Assembly: GCF_003704095.1 (NCBI RefSeq)
Contig: NW_020845755.1
Span: forward strand, 62,001-126,000
Length of the DNA stretch: 64,000 nt
Source: Pocillopora damicornis
Lineage: Eukaryota
Direction of reading: 5' to 3'
Shown here: piece after piece, positions 23,020 through 35,500 of the stretch
Position numbering within the stretch: the stretch's first letter is position 1
How the letters are laid out: each line of letters starts with the position of its first letter
Translations under genes and position numbers: made by a program
The notes under the pieces: model-generated
Told to the model about the DNA's origin: nothing
What the model saw: the letters and a program-made list of their open reading frames with translations, nothing else
The model's database searches: none

Positions 23020-23995
23020 ATGTATTAAGAGCCCTCTTTTATAGATTAACCGTGAAATTTGCAGGATAAATCTTGCAAGGTACAAATGACTAAGCTCTAT
23101 GAAGACCTCCTCTTTACTAAGCATGACAGAGAAAATATGTTGAGGGTGGGATTTCAGTGTGAAGATCTTTCAAAGATCAGATGCAATGTTGGAGACAAGA
23201 AGACTTCCGGAGTTGTATAGAGAACAAACTGAGTTCAATTTACTGAACCAAATTCAGAGTTCCATTGGATCGTGAGACTTTGAAAGATTATCGAGTCTTC
23301 GATTCGAAAGGATTTCTAAATGATCTCGTTTTTGAACACAGACTCACACCTGCCAACAAAGTTGTGAAGACATCTGATTCAAAAAAGCTCAGCTATGTAC
23401 TGAGCAACAACTGGCTTGAGTATAAAGTGATTCACTTGCCGATGAAGCGAGATCATTCTCTTAAATGGCTGGTCATTCATGTGTGAGTGTGTTTAGCATC
23501 ACAAGACATTATCAATTGCAAAAGGAATTGACACGATCATCAAAGAGAGCATCAATGTTACAAGGAGGTTAATGGAAGGACTCCTACTCCTCTTCTACGA
23601 GCCATGCACGGCAGGATTGAGAGATAGTGATAAGACATTCAACACTGACTTTACTGAGGTGAAAGTGGTCGTGAACGTAATTCTGAATAAAGTGTACAGC
23701 CAGGGAATGAATACAAAATCTCCTTGGGAAGAAGTCTGGAGAAGATTCGGGAAAGGGACCAGTTTAATGAATGCAACTGACCTCTATGCAGGAGATAGAG
23801 TCAGTTTGTTCATCGACCTCAGTAGCATGAAATAAATTAAAATAATCTTCATGGTTCAGGATAGAAATTGATTGACACAAAAGAGGGAGATTCACAGAAA
23901 TGGATCAGGTTTAAGGCATGTATAGTTTCGTATCTTCATCCTCTCAGACACTCAATTAAACATCATTAGCAGAGAGCTTAATTGTGTGACCTATC
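23020..23995 (+). pseudogene. Polinton/adintovirus major capsid protein (double jelly-roll), C-terminal two thirds, decayed
   Basis: RALFYRLTVKFAG*ILQ..KLYEDLLFTKHDRENMLRVGFQCEDLSKIRCNVGDKKTSGV...LNDLVFEHRLTPANKVVKTSDSKKLSYVLSNNWLEY...GLLLLFYEPCTAGLRDSDK...LFIDLSSM..NLHGSG...IFILSDTQLNIISRELNCVTY. Confidence 0.7.
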
Positions 23996-25112
23996 CACTT
24001 CTCGCTACGTTGGGAGGTGGTCTGTAGCATTGTTACAGTAGAACTTCGATTGAACGAAGTGCCAAGGGCTGGGAAAATTGGTTTCTCACATCGAGGGTTC
24101 GTTATATCGAAAACCTCTTTTCAACGAATTTGCCGAAAAACAACCAAAATGTTCGCTATCTCGAGGGCTGGTTATTCCTTTTATTTTTTTGTGGTGTGAC
24201 GTTGCGCCAGCATTTTGGAATCGGAAATGTTAACTGTAAATAACATTTGTGCTTTTATAAATGTCTGTATGAAGCTACAGCACACTGGGCAGATCGGTAC
24301 ATAGCTAGAGCACTTTGCTTTTAAAGCACGTCCATGGTTTCAAACTTCCTGCTTACTAGGAAGATAGGAAGGCTGATATGTGTTGCCTCTGCACAATGAT
24401 GATGTAAATGAAAATGGTTTATTTTAATCCTGGTGATTTAAGTAAAGGAAAGTGCTACTAGACGAGACAAAAAAACCCGAAAGCATCCAATAGGAGTGGA
24501 ACTTACGACCTTCTGATTAGTACTCCAGACGCTCTACCACTGAGCTACCGGACGCCTTTTAACTACAATCGGCGACACAATTGTTGACACATTAGCCTTT
24601 TCAACCCCCTTTTACCTCTTTTACTCTATTTTAAGTTAACCCTCTTTCCCCCAAAACAATGTTGTATGGTAATTCTATTAGCTTTTAGCCACACACAGGC
24701 AACATTGAACGGGGGAAGGGAGTCTTTTCTATGATTTAGGGTGTTGTAGAGTCAAGAGTGTTACTCTACATATAAAATAGGACTCTATCAATATGACGTG
24801 TAAACTGATTTTGAAGCTGATTGTAGGTCCATGTTGACAAACTTCCTGCATACTGCGTGGATATGAAGGTCGATATGTGATGCTTGTGCACAATGATGTC
24901 AACGAGGATGGTAAATTTTGAGCTTGAAGATTTAAGTGAAGGTAGATGTTATTCATTGAATGGCACAGGCATACACGGAGATAAAAGATACACGTGCTCC
25001 CAATAGGATTCGATCCTAAGCCTTTCTGGTTGGTACTTCGAACGCTATACAACTTAGTTACAGGAAAATGGCCCGGTAGGGCCGAGCTAAGATCAAATTA
25101 AAAAATTTCTTT

Positions 25113-25430
25113 GGTTGTATCAACTGAGTTGATAATATAACTTGACCACCGCAAAGAGTCTTAAGAGGGTATTCGGTCAGTTCGCCACCACAACAAACTC
25201 GCCACCACTGAAAGTCAAATCACCACCGGTGAAGATTTGACTTTAAGTGGTGGCGAGCTTTGTGGTGGCAAGTTTGTTGTGGTGGCAAATTGACCGTAAA
25301 CCTTTAAAAGCCGACGTTTCAAGCGTTAGCCTTTCAGTCCTTCGGTCTGACGAATAGGTAACGCTCGAAATTCGGCTTTAGAAACATTTCACCATAGGCA
25401 ATTTACATCATAAACTCAGTTAATAAAACC
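25113..25430. repeat. Inverted dimer of the hammerhead-bearing repeat
   Basis: Mirror arms tatcaactgagttgataa / aaactcagttaataaaacc; head-to-head hammerhead-like cores at 25311-25375. Confidence 0.65.
25168..25302. mobile_element. 135-bp palindromic MITE nested in that repeat
   Basis: TIR ggtattcggtcagttcgccacc / ggtggcaaattgaccgtaaacc; imperfect 8-bp TSD cttaagag / tttaaaag. Confidence 0.7.
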
Positions 25431-25781
25431 ACATCATCTTTTAATACCCCAAACCGAAGTGTCCCCACAGTTTCTTTACAAATTTACGTCGTTCGCGGGA
25501 TTAAAGTTGGTTTGTCTGTCACGATTACTACAATTTTTTTGTATAAAGACAACAGTGAACAGGGATCGCAGTAATGTGCACGCAAAACGTGAAAAGTAGC
25601 ATGAGGAAGTAACCATCTATGGACAAAACAACAAAATCGCAAGAGCTGCTCCTACACTCCATCATTTGTTATAATTCGTAATGTTTTGTAGAATTTTAAA
25701 AGTGCATTTGACTAAAGATTGTTCAATTGAGAAATTCTTTAAAACATAACTCGCTCTCATAAGACACGAATTATATTCGCG

Positions 25782-25787
25782 TTTATT
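25782..25787 (-). promoter_or_regulatory. Candidate poly(A) signal of the ATP13A gene
   Basis: AATAAA on - strand about 600 nt past the stop codon. Confidence 0.35.
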
Positions 25788-26390
25788 CGATTTCTCATAC
25801 GTATAGAGGGGGCATAGTTACACACAGTCCACGATAAGACTCATGAAATACCTTTGCATGCCATATCTGACTTAGTATCCTCTCATACAGGAACATACTC
25901 TCATGAAAGGGTTATACTGTTGCTTTCTCTAATGTTGTCATATGGCAAGCCTTTTCTCTTTTCTACTTAATTTGCTTGATTTATACCTTTCCCTGATAAC
26001 TTGAGATTATGTCATTAATAGAGAATATATGCAAACTTGTACCACAAGTAACTTGTATGGCATCTCTAAATGGGCATCATCTTCCTGGTTAGTTAAATTT
26101 GGAAATTCAAATTAGCATGGTCCATTCAAAACGCGAATTCCTGCATTTCCGGTAAAATCAGACAAATCTAAAGCTGAATCCACTCCTCTGATAAAATTTA
26201 AGAGAAAGGATCTACGAGTCTGGTCGGTAAGTTCTGCTGTAATTAGTAACATAAAGAGCAGTTTCGTCGTTAACATCGCCACATTAAAACCGAGAGAAAT
26301 GTAACCAACAGGAATTAGTAACTACATCACAAGGAACTTCCAGCTAAGTTTCAATTTGAAGATACAAATGAAGGTCTAACTAACTTAGAA

Positions 26391-26525
26391 TTAGCTTTCA
26401 GAAGGAGGCCAGTCAAAATCATGCTCAAGTTGATGCTGCAAAATTCGGAAGTAGTTTTTTGGGCGAGTTTTGCAAAAAAGACGATTGAGTACTTTCTTCA
26501 GCCATTGTGATGGAACAATGAACAT
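26391..26525 (-). CDS. ATP13A last exon (MFIVPSQW...DWPPSES*)
   Basis: cacag acceptor, TAA stop, C-terminal WPP motif. Confidence 0.88.
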   Translation of the reverse strand: MFIVPSQWLKKVLNRLFCKTRPKNYFRILQHQLEHDFDWPPSES

Positions 26526-29500
26526 CTGTGTACACAGAAGAGAAAACAAACAAACATTAAGATCGAAGTACATAGAGCCCTAAATAATTTCTATACATCA
26601 AAGGGCAGATTTGCTATTTGTTAAGAATAACGAGCTGTAAAAATGATCCGCAATATAATTATTGATTACGTGCCCCTTTATCATTCATAGTTTATGTTCT
26701 TTGAATGAATTTCTTGCAATTGGGGGTATATACGGTTGTTAGCGATGGCAAATTTCAAAATACCGCTCATGACACTCTTATTAGATTGTATCATTGTAAA
26801 GTTATTGTTAATGACTGAGATTTGCTCATCATGAGCCCCAAAATTCAAATACTTATGTTTTGTTTGTAAACGAAAGAAAAAGCTGTGTCAAGAAACGTTG
26901 AAAGTGTGGGAAAGAAGAAATGCGTTATTCCTCCAAACTATTTCCTGGTTAAAGAAAAACCTGTTAGTCTAGGTGCTGAACAGCAATTTGTTTGGCTATC
27001 TGAAGTAAATATCAAATTAGGCGGTGAAAACTACTTAAGAAAGATTGCAAGGGGGCTATCTTGTTAAAATGTCGGCTCAAATTGAAACAATCGAGCGATT
27101 ATAGAGGAAAGTTTTGAGAATTGTTACAACGTGCTTTCTGACCCGTTTCAGACTTTGGAAAAAGGTAAGAATCTTGAATAGAAATAGCAAACTGACGTAT
27201 GACACCAACCCCCGATTCGCAAAGAAAAAAGCAGACCAAAGTGCAAATCTGGATGAGGAGATGAGGAACATAGGTAATCATGAACTTACTAGAGCACTTA
27301 ACATAACTGAATTATTGATCAGTTTTGCCTTTTGAGAATAGAATGGATTTGATACATCGCTTTGTCCTCTTAATAATAGCTCGTCACTAATAACTGTCCA
27401 TGATGTCGATATCGCAAAGGAGTATCACCCAACAACACGCTCAATCAGTAAACCCACTCGCCCCATCTGATACTTATGGAATTGATTTGTATGAATAAGC
27501 AGTGGATTTTATCGCACAATATACTGAGATACTGAGAGGGTGGTAACTTTACTATGTTACTAAATATTGCTATTGTAAGCTATGAATGCTAGACCAGTAC
27601 TGTCGGTTTCTCTTAATTTAACATACATGAGGAATACAAGTGATACGATTTCAATCGTTTTACAGTGTCATTATAGAGTGAGAGTAAAATATGCACTTCC
27701 TATTGAACTTAGCAGTTTGAAATAGTGTTTTGCCAGAAAAATGCAAACTTTTTGAAACTGAGATGACTTAGGCTTCGCCAAAGGACCCTTTTTCGTCCAT
27801 GGAGGGTAAGGATGGCGTGGTACAAGAATAACTGTAGCAGTTCATAAAACGAACTGGTCTGGTTTATCGAAAAAACAGCCAAATTCAGTAGATGACTTTC
27901 CACTAACCTCAATGAAAAGAGAAATGAGACAATTGCATGCCGCAATACCAAGAAGCGTCCACTTGAAGATTTTATCTGGGATCGTTGCTAGCTGAAAAAA
28001 AAAACAACAACAACAACAATCAATCAATCAATCGGGCAAACAATCTATTACTCAGTTGATTTTTAGAGAATATCAAACAACGAATTACTACAGCCACGGA
28101 GCTCTGAAAGTGGTGCACTGTAAGTACTGCTGTGGTATACTAAGTGTACATCCTAGTGTGCACCAAACATTATTATAAAATAATTCAAATAGTACGCGCG
28201 CTCTGATTGGCCATAAAACCATTTTACATGAGCGTAGGTAAACACGGTTTTCGTTCCTCCTTCATTAGTTATTTTATAAAAGAAATGTAAAATGGTTTCC
28301 GTGTTTACATAGCCTGATGTAAACACTTGGGAGGTTGGGAGAACACTCGATAAGCTGGAAACCACTCAGCTTCGCGTCGTGGTTTCCTACGCTTATCTCG
28401 TGTTCTCCCAACCTCCCGCGTGTTTACATCAGGCTATGTAAACACGGAAACCATTTTACATTTCTTCACTAAAAAAAATCTTTATTATTAACACGGGCAA
28501 TAGCAATCCGACCTCAAAGCTATCCTTTGCATTTCGTCTCTTAACGCATATGCGGTTATTTCTCTTTTAAAGAATGCAAGAGGAGGCCGAATAATTCATA
28601 AAAAAGATTTGTCAAAAGTGTCATGAGGCTAATAATAACTTGATTAGTTTTTAACTCAACCCGCAAAAGGCAACGCATGTCTGGAGATTGGCGCCCCTCA
28701 GATCTGACACTTCCTTAATAACAAGGTGACTATCTTTGGTGGACCTCTGCAAGGCCCACAGATATTCACATCTTCAGTTTGCTAGTAAAAGTACCGCTGT
28801 AATCAATACTAACTCGAAAATCGAGGTAGCAGAACCAGATCATCGAGTACACCTCACGTAATGTGAATAAAGCAATAGGATGCAACAGTTAAAGGTTGTC
28901 ATAAAAACCTGATAACTGACAACCAGACAGTGGAAATGCTAATAATCGACAAGGTGTACTATAGTGCATAATTTGGCGTATTATTAACAGAAAAACAGAA
29001 TGAAGGCGTTATTACTACATCAGTTCCCTATTACATCAGCACCTGAATTATATGAGTAAGTATGTCAAGTATACATTCCTTATTTACAATCGCAATTATT
29101 CCCATAAAGTGACTTTCAATATAAAAATTAAAAAATTAACTTTGACTGAAAATACATTACCTCAAAAAAAAGCTGCAACGTTTCTCCTGGAAGAACAACT
29201 AAAAATCCTGTAAACAGGGTTAGAAATACCACGACCAATAGAAAATATCCTGGAAAGAGAAGCAAAATAAACTGAAAACTAAGTTTTACTCCTGACAAGA
29301 TTCAAGTTACATTTGATATGACCATTATATGAATTTTGAACGACTTCGATCGACACGTGTTTCATCGGATAAGTGAAGAATCTTACATACCACTTTTATA
29401 AAATGGTTTACGATAAGGGGCTCCACCAGAGAAGACTACTGCCAAGTGTATATATTGGAAAGAAGACAGTGCAAACAGAACAGCATTCTGATGACATTTC

Positions 29501-32500
29501 ACATATGTAGCATTCTTTTCAGTAACGTGGACGGCGCTAAACCTAGAAAAAAAGTACACAGCTTTTAATCACGCACATCCAACTAAAGGAATTTTCATTA
29601 GAGGCAAATGAGGAACTGCAAAATCCTGGAAAAATGTAAGTTTACGCGTAATGAGCGATAAAAGAAAGTATAGCTGTCAAAAAATTGAACAAAAGACTGG
29701 CCATCATGATGTATGTAAAAGCACAGAGGAGTACATCGTTTAGAAGCAGATAAGCATTCCTGATATAACAGGTGTCTAAGAGAGGGAAGCACAAAAGAAA
29801 ATGATCTCCACAGGTAAATTTCTGCAAAAGAAATCGCACGAAGAAACCTTCATATCTGCTGAAGTTTCCAACAAATCGAGTAGAATTCCTTTGGCAGATT
29901 GAAAAAAAAATTAAAGAAATCCACAAGTTAAACCTAAATTAACGATAAATTATTTGTCGTCTTACCATGACTGGGACCGTACGTAATAAAATCCAGCAAC
30001 CTGCACGACAGTTTGTACAGCAATATGGGATATCAGTGAAAAAAGAACGATTGGAGACATAAGACTTCCTCCAGGTCTCTTAGCCACCAACATTGGATAC
30101 GCCTCTGTCTTACCCACTAAAAAAAAACAAGAAACAAAAGTTAAAAGATCAAATTTTGCTTAAGCATTGTTTTCAATTTCTCTAAGACAAATTGGAAACC
30201 ATGGTTATGCAAAATTAACCATGGTTTAAATTTGTTGATTATCAAATTTCTTGCGGGAAATAACAACAATTCGGTAGAGTTAGCCCAGACTTTCAAATGA
30301 GTAGAAAAACATCGTGTTACGAGGCGAGTTAGTCTCATATTGAATACCTCGCCGACCAAAGTCTCGAATAAGAAACATGATGGGTTTTTTTAGCACATAG
30401 CCTTCACCGTGTCAGGAAAAGTATAGGGATTTTGAGGCGAAGCGGTAACGCAGAGACAAGAAAAGTCCAAGACACTGCCTCAAAAATACTGCTGTCTTCA
30501 TCAATTACTGATCACATTGTCGGAACTGGGTTTATTTCTATAACCTAGGAATAGATGTATTAACTGCGCTACAATTAAAAATGTTAGGATCAGCGATGTT
30601 AATTAATGCAAAGTTTGTCGTATGTTAAGGCGTAAATGGCAACGACAAAATATTCCGTGTCGCAATTCCTGCCCAGGGACCGGGTAACTGCACTTGTGGC
30701 TGACCTTTAGCCCACGATGGTAAGAGGGGTAGGTTCGCGTGGCAAGAAAAGAAATTTAAATAGTTCTGCTAACTGCTAAGTAGAACCTGGAAAGCAGTTC
30801 TGCACGACCTTAATTATCAGACTTCATTCACATTTATATGTTTTGTTGACGACGTCCAAACTGTCTGATAGAGGTGATGGAAAACTGCTTCAGAGAACTG
30901 TCGTTCTTGCAGTCCACGCTGATTAATGACACTGTTCAAGAGGGCCGTGGAACATTCTCATCAGGGACTGCTTCAAACTAAACAGTATCGAAAGCCATAG
31001 TTGGTAATGATATGGGGCAACAACTAGCGACAATCGAGACTGGTTCTATTATATCAACTAGTAGCGCACTCGTTGCATCAGGACCCTTGGAGAATATGCA
31101 CACACCCACTCCCATGGGATTACCTCCACATCCACTGACAACGCCTCTATGGCTAGTAAAGGTGTCTATGTATACGGCCATGCGAGAAAAAGACGCCTGA
31201 ATGGACCTCCCCTTTAGGAAATCGAGGCTTCGTCCGGCATTTCAGAAATGGACGATCCATAAGAACCTGTCCGCGAAACGCCCCTAACTGGACTGTCTGT
31301 GCGCAAGCATGTTAGGGTGAAAAGCCCCTTCTCTGAAACGGCACAAGGGGACCATTTGTGTCATTTATTACTATCTCCCAAGCGGACCATACTTATTTAA
31401 AAAGCAAACTGATGGAATTCATTTGAAGAAACCATCATCCAAAGCTTAAAACACGAAGGGCAATAAACTTACTGACAAGAGCCAGGCTTGTAATAATGAC
31501 TAGATCAATGTACAAATACTGCCAGTCACCAAGGTTAGAAGAAATCTGTACAAAGAAAGAGAGAAACTTACATCAAAGGTGATTTTTTACATGTGCAAAT
31601 TTATGACAGAAAAAATACTCTGAGCTTCTTGTAGTATTTAGTTAAGGATGTGTTTGTCACTAACCTTACCCTAAACTTTCCTCAAATGCGAGGATAAGGA
31701 AAAGGTGAGAGGAATTGGACCATTAAACATGCCGAGATGGGATAGATTTAAACTCTTTTTAAGATAATTTTCACTCAACCAAGTAACTAGGAAAAAAAGA
31801 AAATTCCGACGAAGGGGCCGACAACTCATCGGTGGGGACACGGGTACTCTAGCCAACTTACCATTCAATACACTACAATCAATGTAAAACTCAAAACCCG
31901 CAAAAACCAGAAATAATCTCAGATTGTCATTTTTTCTCAAGAGAGAACTACAACTGTAAGCATCAACTGTGAAGATTTTGTGCATCTTTTAATTTCTGAA
32001 CTCCAGTCTGATTGATCATAACCCAAAATTTTCTTAAATGTTTCAGGTGTTCATGGTTTTTAGGATGGACGACAATAAACTCGGGTGCATTTTGTTACAA
32101 ACTGAAAACAAGGCAAGACATTGAATAAGAATGATTGAAAGAAATCTGGCTAATTTTTGGGGGTGGAACAAATTTTTCGAGTATAACACATATTCTAAGC
32201 ATGGTTTATCATTCAAAAATGAATAGAAATGAATTAGTTTAAATTTCTTCCAGTTATCAAAATTGCCTGGCTGCCGTTCACAAACACAACTTGTGCTTTC
32301 AAGAGACCTAATTTCAGAAAAATAATTGACATAAAGATTATAAGTGGCACATACCGAATAAAGTAAGAGAACAGAGACAAACTGCACAATACTGTAAAGA
32401 GCCATGTACTTAAAAATTCCAAATGATGTTACCAGAGCTGCTCTGCCTTCCCTGAAAAAAAAAACCAACCAGACAAACAAACTCTTATAGTTGACAATTT

Positions 32501-35500
32501 TGGGGCCGACATCTCACGCAAGGATACTTCCATTAACATTAAGGTATTAACATTAAGACATTACCTTTATCATACATTTCTGGAGAATATGGAATGTTGG
32601 TTTTAAGAGTTTACTGATTATGTAATAGCAACTTCGAGCATTTACCTTATTACAGCAGGTACACATTCAATATGTGGAATCTAAATAAAAATAATGTTCA
32701 TTGGTTAACTTCCATTTCTGTGCCTTTCAGTGATTTTTCTCAGTTATCTTCTAAGCTGAATTGTGTTAATGTTTCAAAAATATCTTAATAAAAGCGAAAA
32801 TGTATGGTGTTCATCCGGTTTCATTTCATGCCTCACAAAGTTGCAAGCAAACTGTAGTCCCCCGAATCTGTGTTTTGGGCAACTTTCATACCTATATCCG
32901 CTTCTTTTGAACTCGCAAACGTCTGTCTAAACAACATATGATCTATACTAGAAGACACAAATAAAGAAGCCTGTCCATGCTCTTTGTTGCAGAGCCGCGT
33001 TCTCTCGTACAACGATATTATTTAATGGGGTAAGTTTCTAAAGAAAGCCAGGGGTATTACAAGATAAATTGGTTTTATCAATTGAGTTGACAATGTAAAT
33101 TGGCCACCGTAGAGAGTTTCCAAAGCCGACGTTTCGTTTGTTAGTCCTTAGCCAGAGCGAATTACGAAGGGGTAATAGAGTCTAAACAAACCTTTGAAGT
33201 AAATGGAGATGCCACAGATGCTTCTGCTTGTGACAATGAAATTCCTGCATGTGCCACCTTAAGAGCCTATACAAACAATACAAAATACTTTAGGGCACAA
33301 CAAAATGCACATGCTTCGAAGAATTGCGCATTTTTTTGCGATTATTGTTTCTTTAAACCCCAGTGGTGTGAGATTGTCATCAAACCCTTATGCCACTTTT
33401 TTCTTCCATTCAATTTCAGTATCAATCCTAATTGTTACATTACATCTCTAGTACTGATATAACTATCTATCAATTATCATGCAGTATCATCAGAGTTGTT
33501 GTCCTACCCCACAATCATTAGCTCCATCTCCACACATCCCAACACAGTAACTACGTTTAAGACAAAAAAACAGCATATCAAGAGTTAATTAACAACTATT
33601 GGATCCTTGCTGTCACTGGCCAATAAGTTACGGTTTTATACCACAGTTACGTTGTCAGGCGAATAGATGCGCGTGCATTCCGGGACACGGCGTTGTTTTT
33701 CAATCAATGAACCATGTAAAAAAGTACAATGGTCTTTTGCCCTTAAACGTAAATTTTGGTTAGCAAATTACCCCCTTTAAATTGGAAAAGTACTCGAGGA
33801 TGCAAATTCTGACCTTCATAACATAGAGGGCAAAATTACTAAAGCTGATTGGCTGAGACAGCGGGGTTTTTTTCGTTAATTTTGGTAATTGCCCCAAGAA
33901 ATTACCAAAGTTTAGACAATGTTCAAAAAGGCTTAACTTCGCCTAAAAAATTTTATTATTTTATTGACGGCAACTGTTTTCAACTAGGTTGCTTTCATTG
34001 CTTTGGCGTTATTGTGCAAAAATCAGCTGATTTGTGCGTTTTACAGTTCACTTAATACACTAAATGAACACTGTAATAGCTGAACAGGCAAGGGCCAATT
34101 CGAAGAAAACACAACACGATGTCTCAGCAAATGTTTTTACTATAACGTTAGAAAAAAGCAAATTCCTTCAAGAGCGAAAAATTAATAATTACAAATCAGA
34201 CAAACTACCAAAAGGCCACTGCAAAACGAAATCAAAGAAAACGATGAAAATGAGGCCGCTTACCAAATGCTGAGAATAACTGGCATTGGTGGTTGGAGAC
34301 AACAAACTATATAACTAAATTTACATACAGCACGTAACAAAGCAGCGTAATTAACAAATTACAGAAGAACAAAAAGAAAAAAAAAAAGGTATACGATGAC
34401 AAGTGAGCAAACGAAAACGAAGGGAAAAATTTGCCCCAACAATGGCTTCCTAAGAACGAGAGTAACAACGAGCGGTCTTGATCTTCTTCATGAAAGAAAA
34501 CTTTGGCCTTTATATTGTAAACAAGAAACCACTTGTGTCCTGGTAAAATTCAGGATTAACATCACGTGTTTTCTGAAGTATAGAGAAAATGCATGAGTCG
34601 CGCAGCCCGTGAAATTAATCCTTAATTCTCCTTCGCTCCATGCAATTAGCTATTTTAAAAATGCGCGATTTTCCACATCAAATATATCAAATCGTTCGAT
34701 ACGATCGGGACTTTCGGCCTGTAAAGTTTTGTTCAAGTGTTACTTTAACCTTTGCTTCCAACTATCGCAAAATGTACAGTGAACCAATGTAATGACGCGC
34801 GTGATAGTTAGTTTGGTCAATTATATCTCACAAAGAAGACCCCTCTTTTTTAATGTATTTTTCGAACCAGACATTGATGGGGAACATTTAAGGAAAATTA
34901 AAAAAATTTAGAGAACATATGCACGCTCACGCCATCTCCGTTCCTATTGAAAATTGAGTTCGTTTTGAAAATTATACAAATACGTGAGGAATTTAATGTA
35001 TTCTTTATCGTAAAAAAACAAACAAACAAAACCTCGACTGTGCTTGTTTTCTTGTAAAGCATTCAGAAAGCGTAACAAAAGAAGTAGGGAAAACAAACAA
35101 CTAAGTCTTGTGACTCCCCCTACAGTTCTTTTGTGCTCTAACTTCTTCCTGCGTGCTTTACAACAGAACAGAGAAAAGTGAGGCTTCTTTTTTCCGTTAA
35201 CTCTGCTACAGCATTACTTACTTCAGGTTCTGCAACCCTTGAATAAGATGCGTCTTTTGGTCAGGTGACATTCGAGCAAATACAGTTCCTGACATAAGCA
35301 ACTTAATGCAAATTATACACAAAAAAAGAAAAACTTCAAATCATGTATGGTATAAGGCAACGAAAGGAAGCCGATATCTGCTAGTTTTTTTGCATACGAA
35401 TAAGTGACTTGACATCAATAGTTCTTCTGTAAATTGCTTCGTTCACCTTCCTCTTTATCCATCCATTTCTGGATGGTTTGTCTCAATTGTTTAGCGGGGA

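Larger units (their letters stand above)
20170..23995. mobile_element. Degraded Polinton/Maverick (adintovirus-like) endogenous element, interrupted by an L2 LINE
   Basis: Integrase, two small ORFs and a capsid-like gene, all with stops or frameshifts; see sub-features. Confidence 0.75.
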
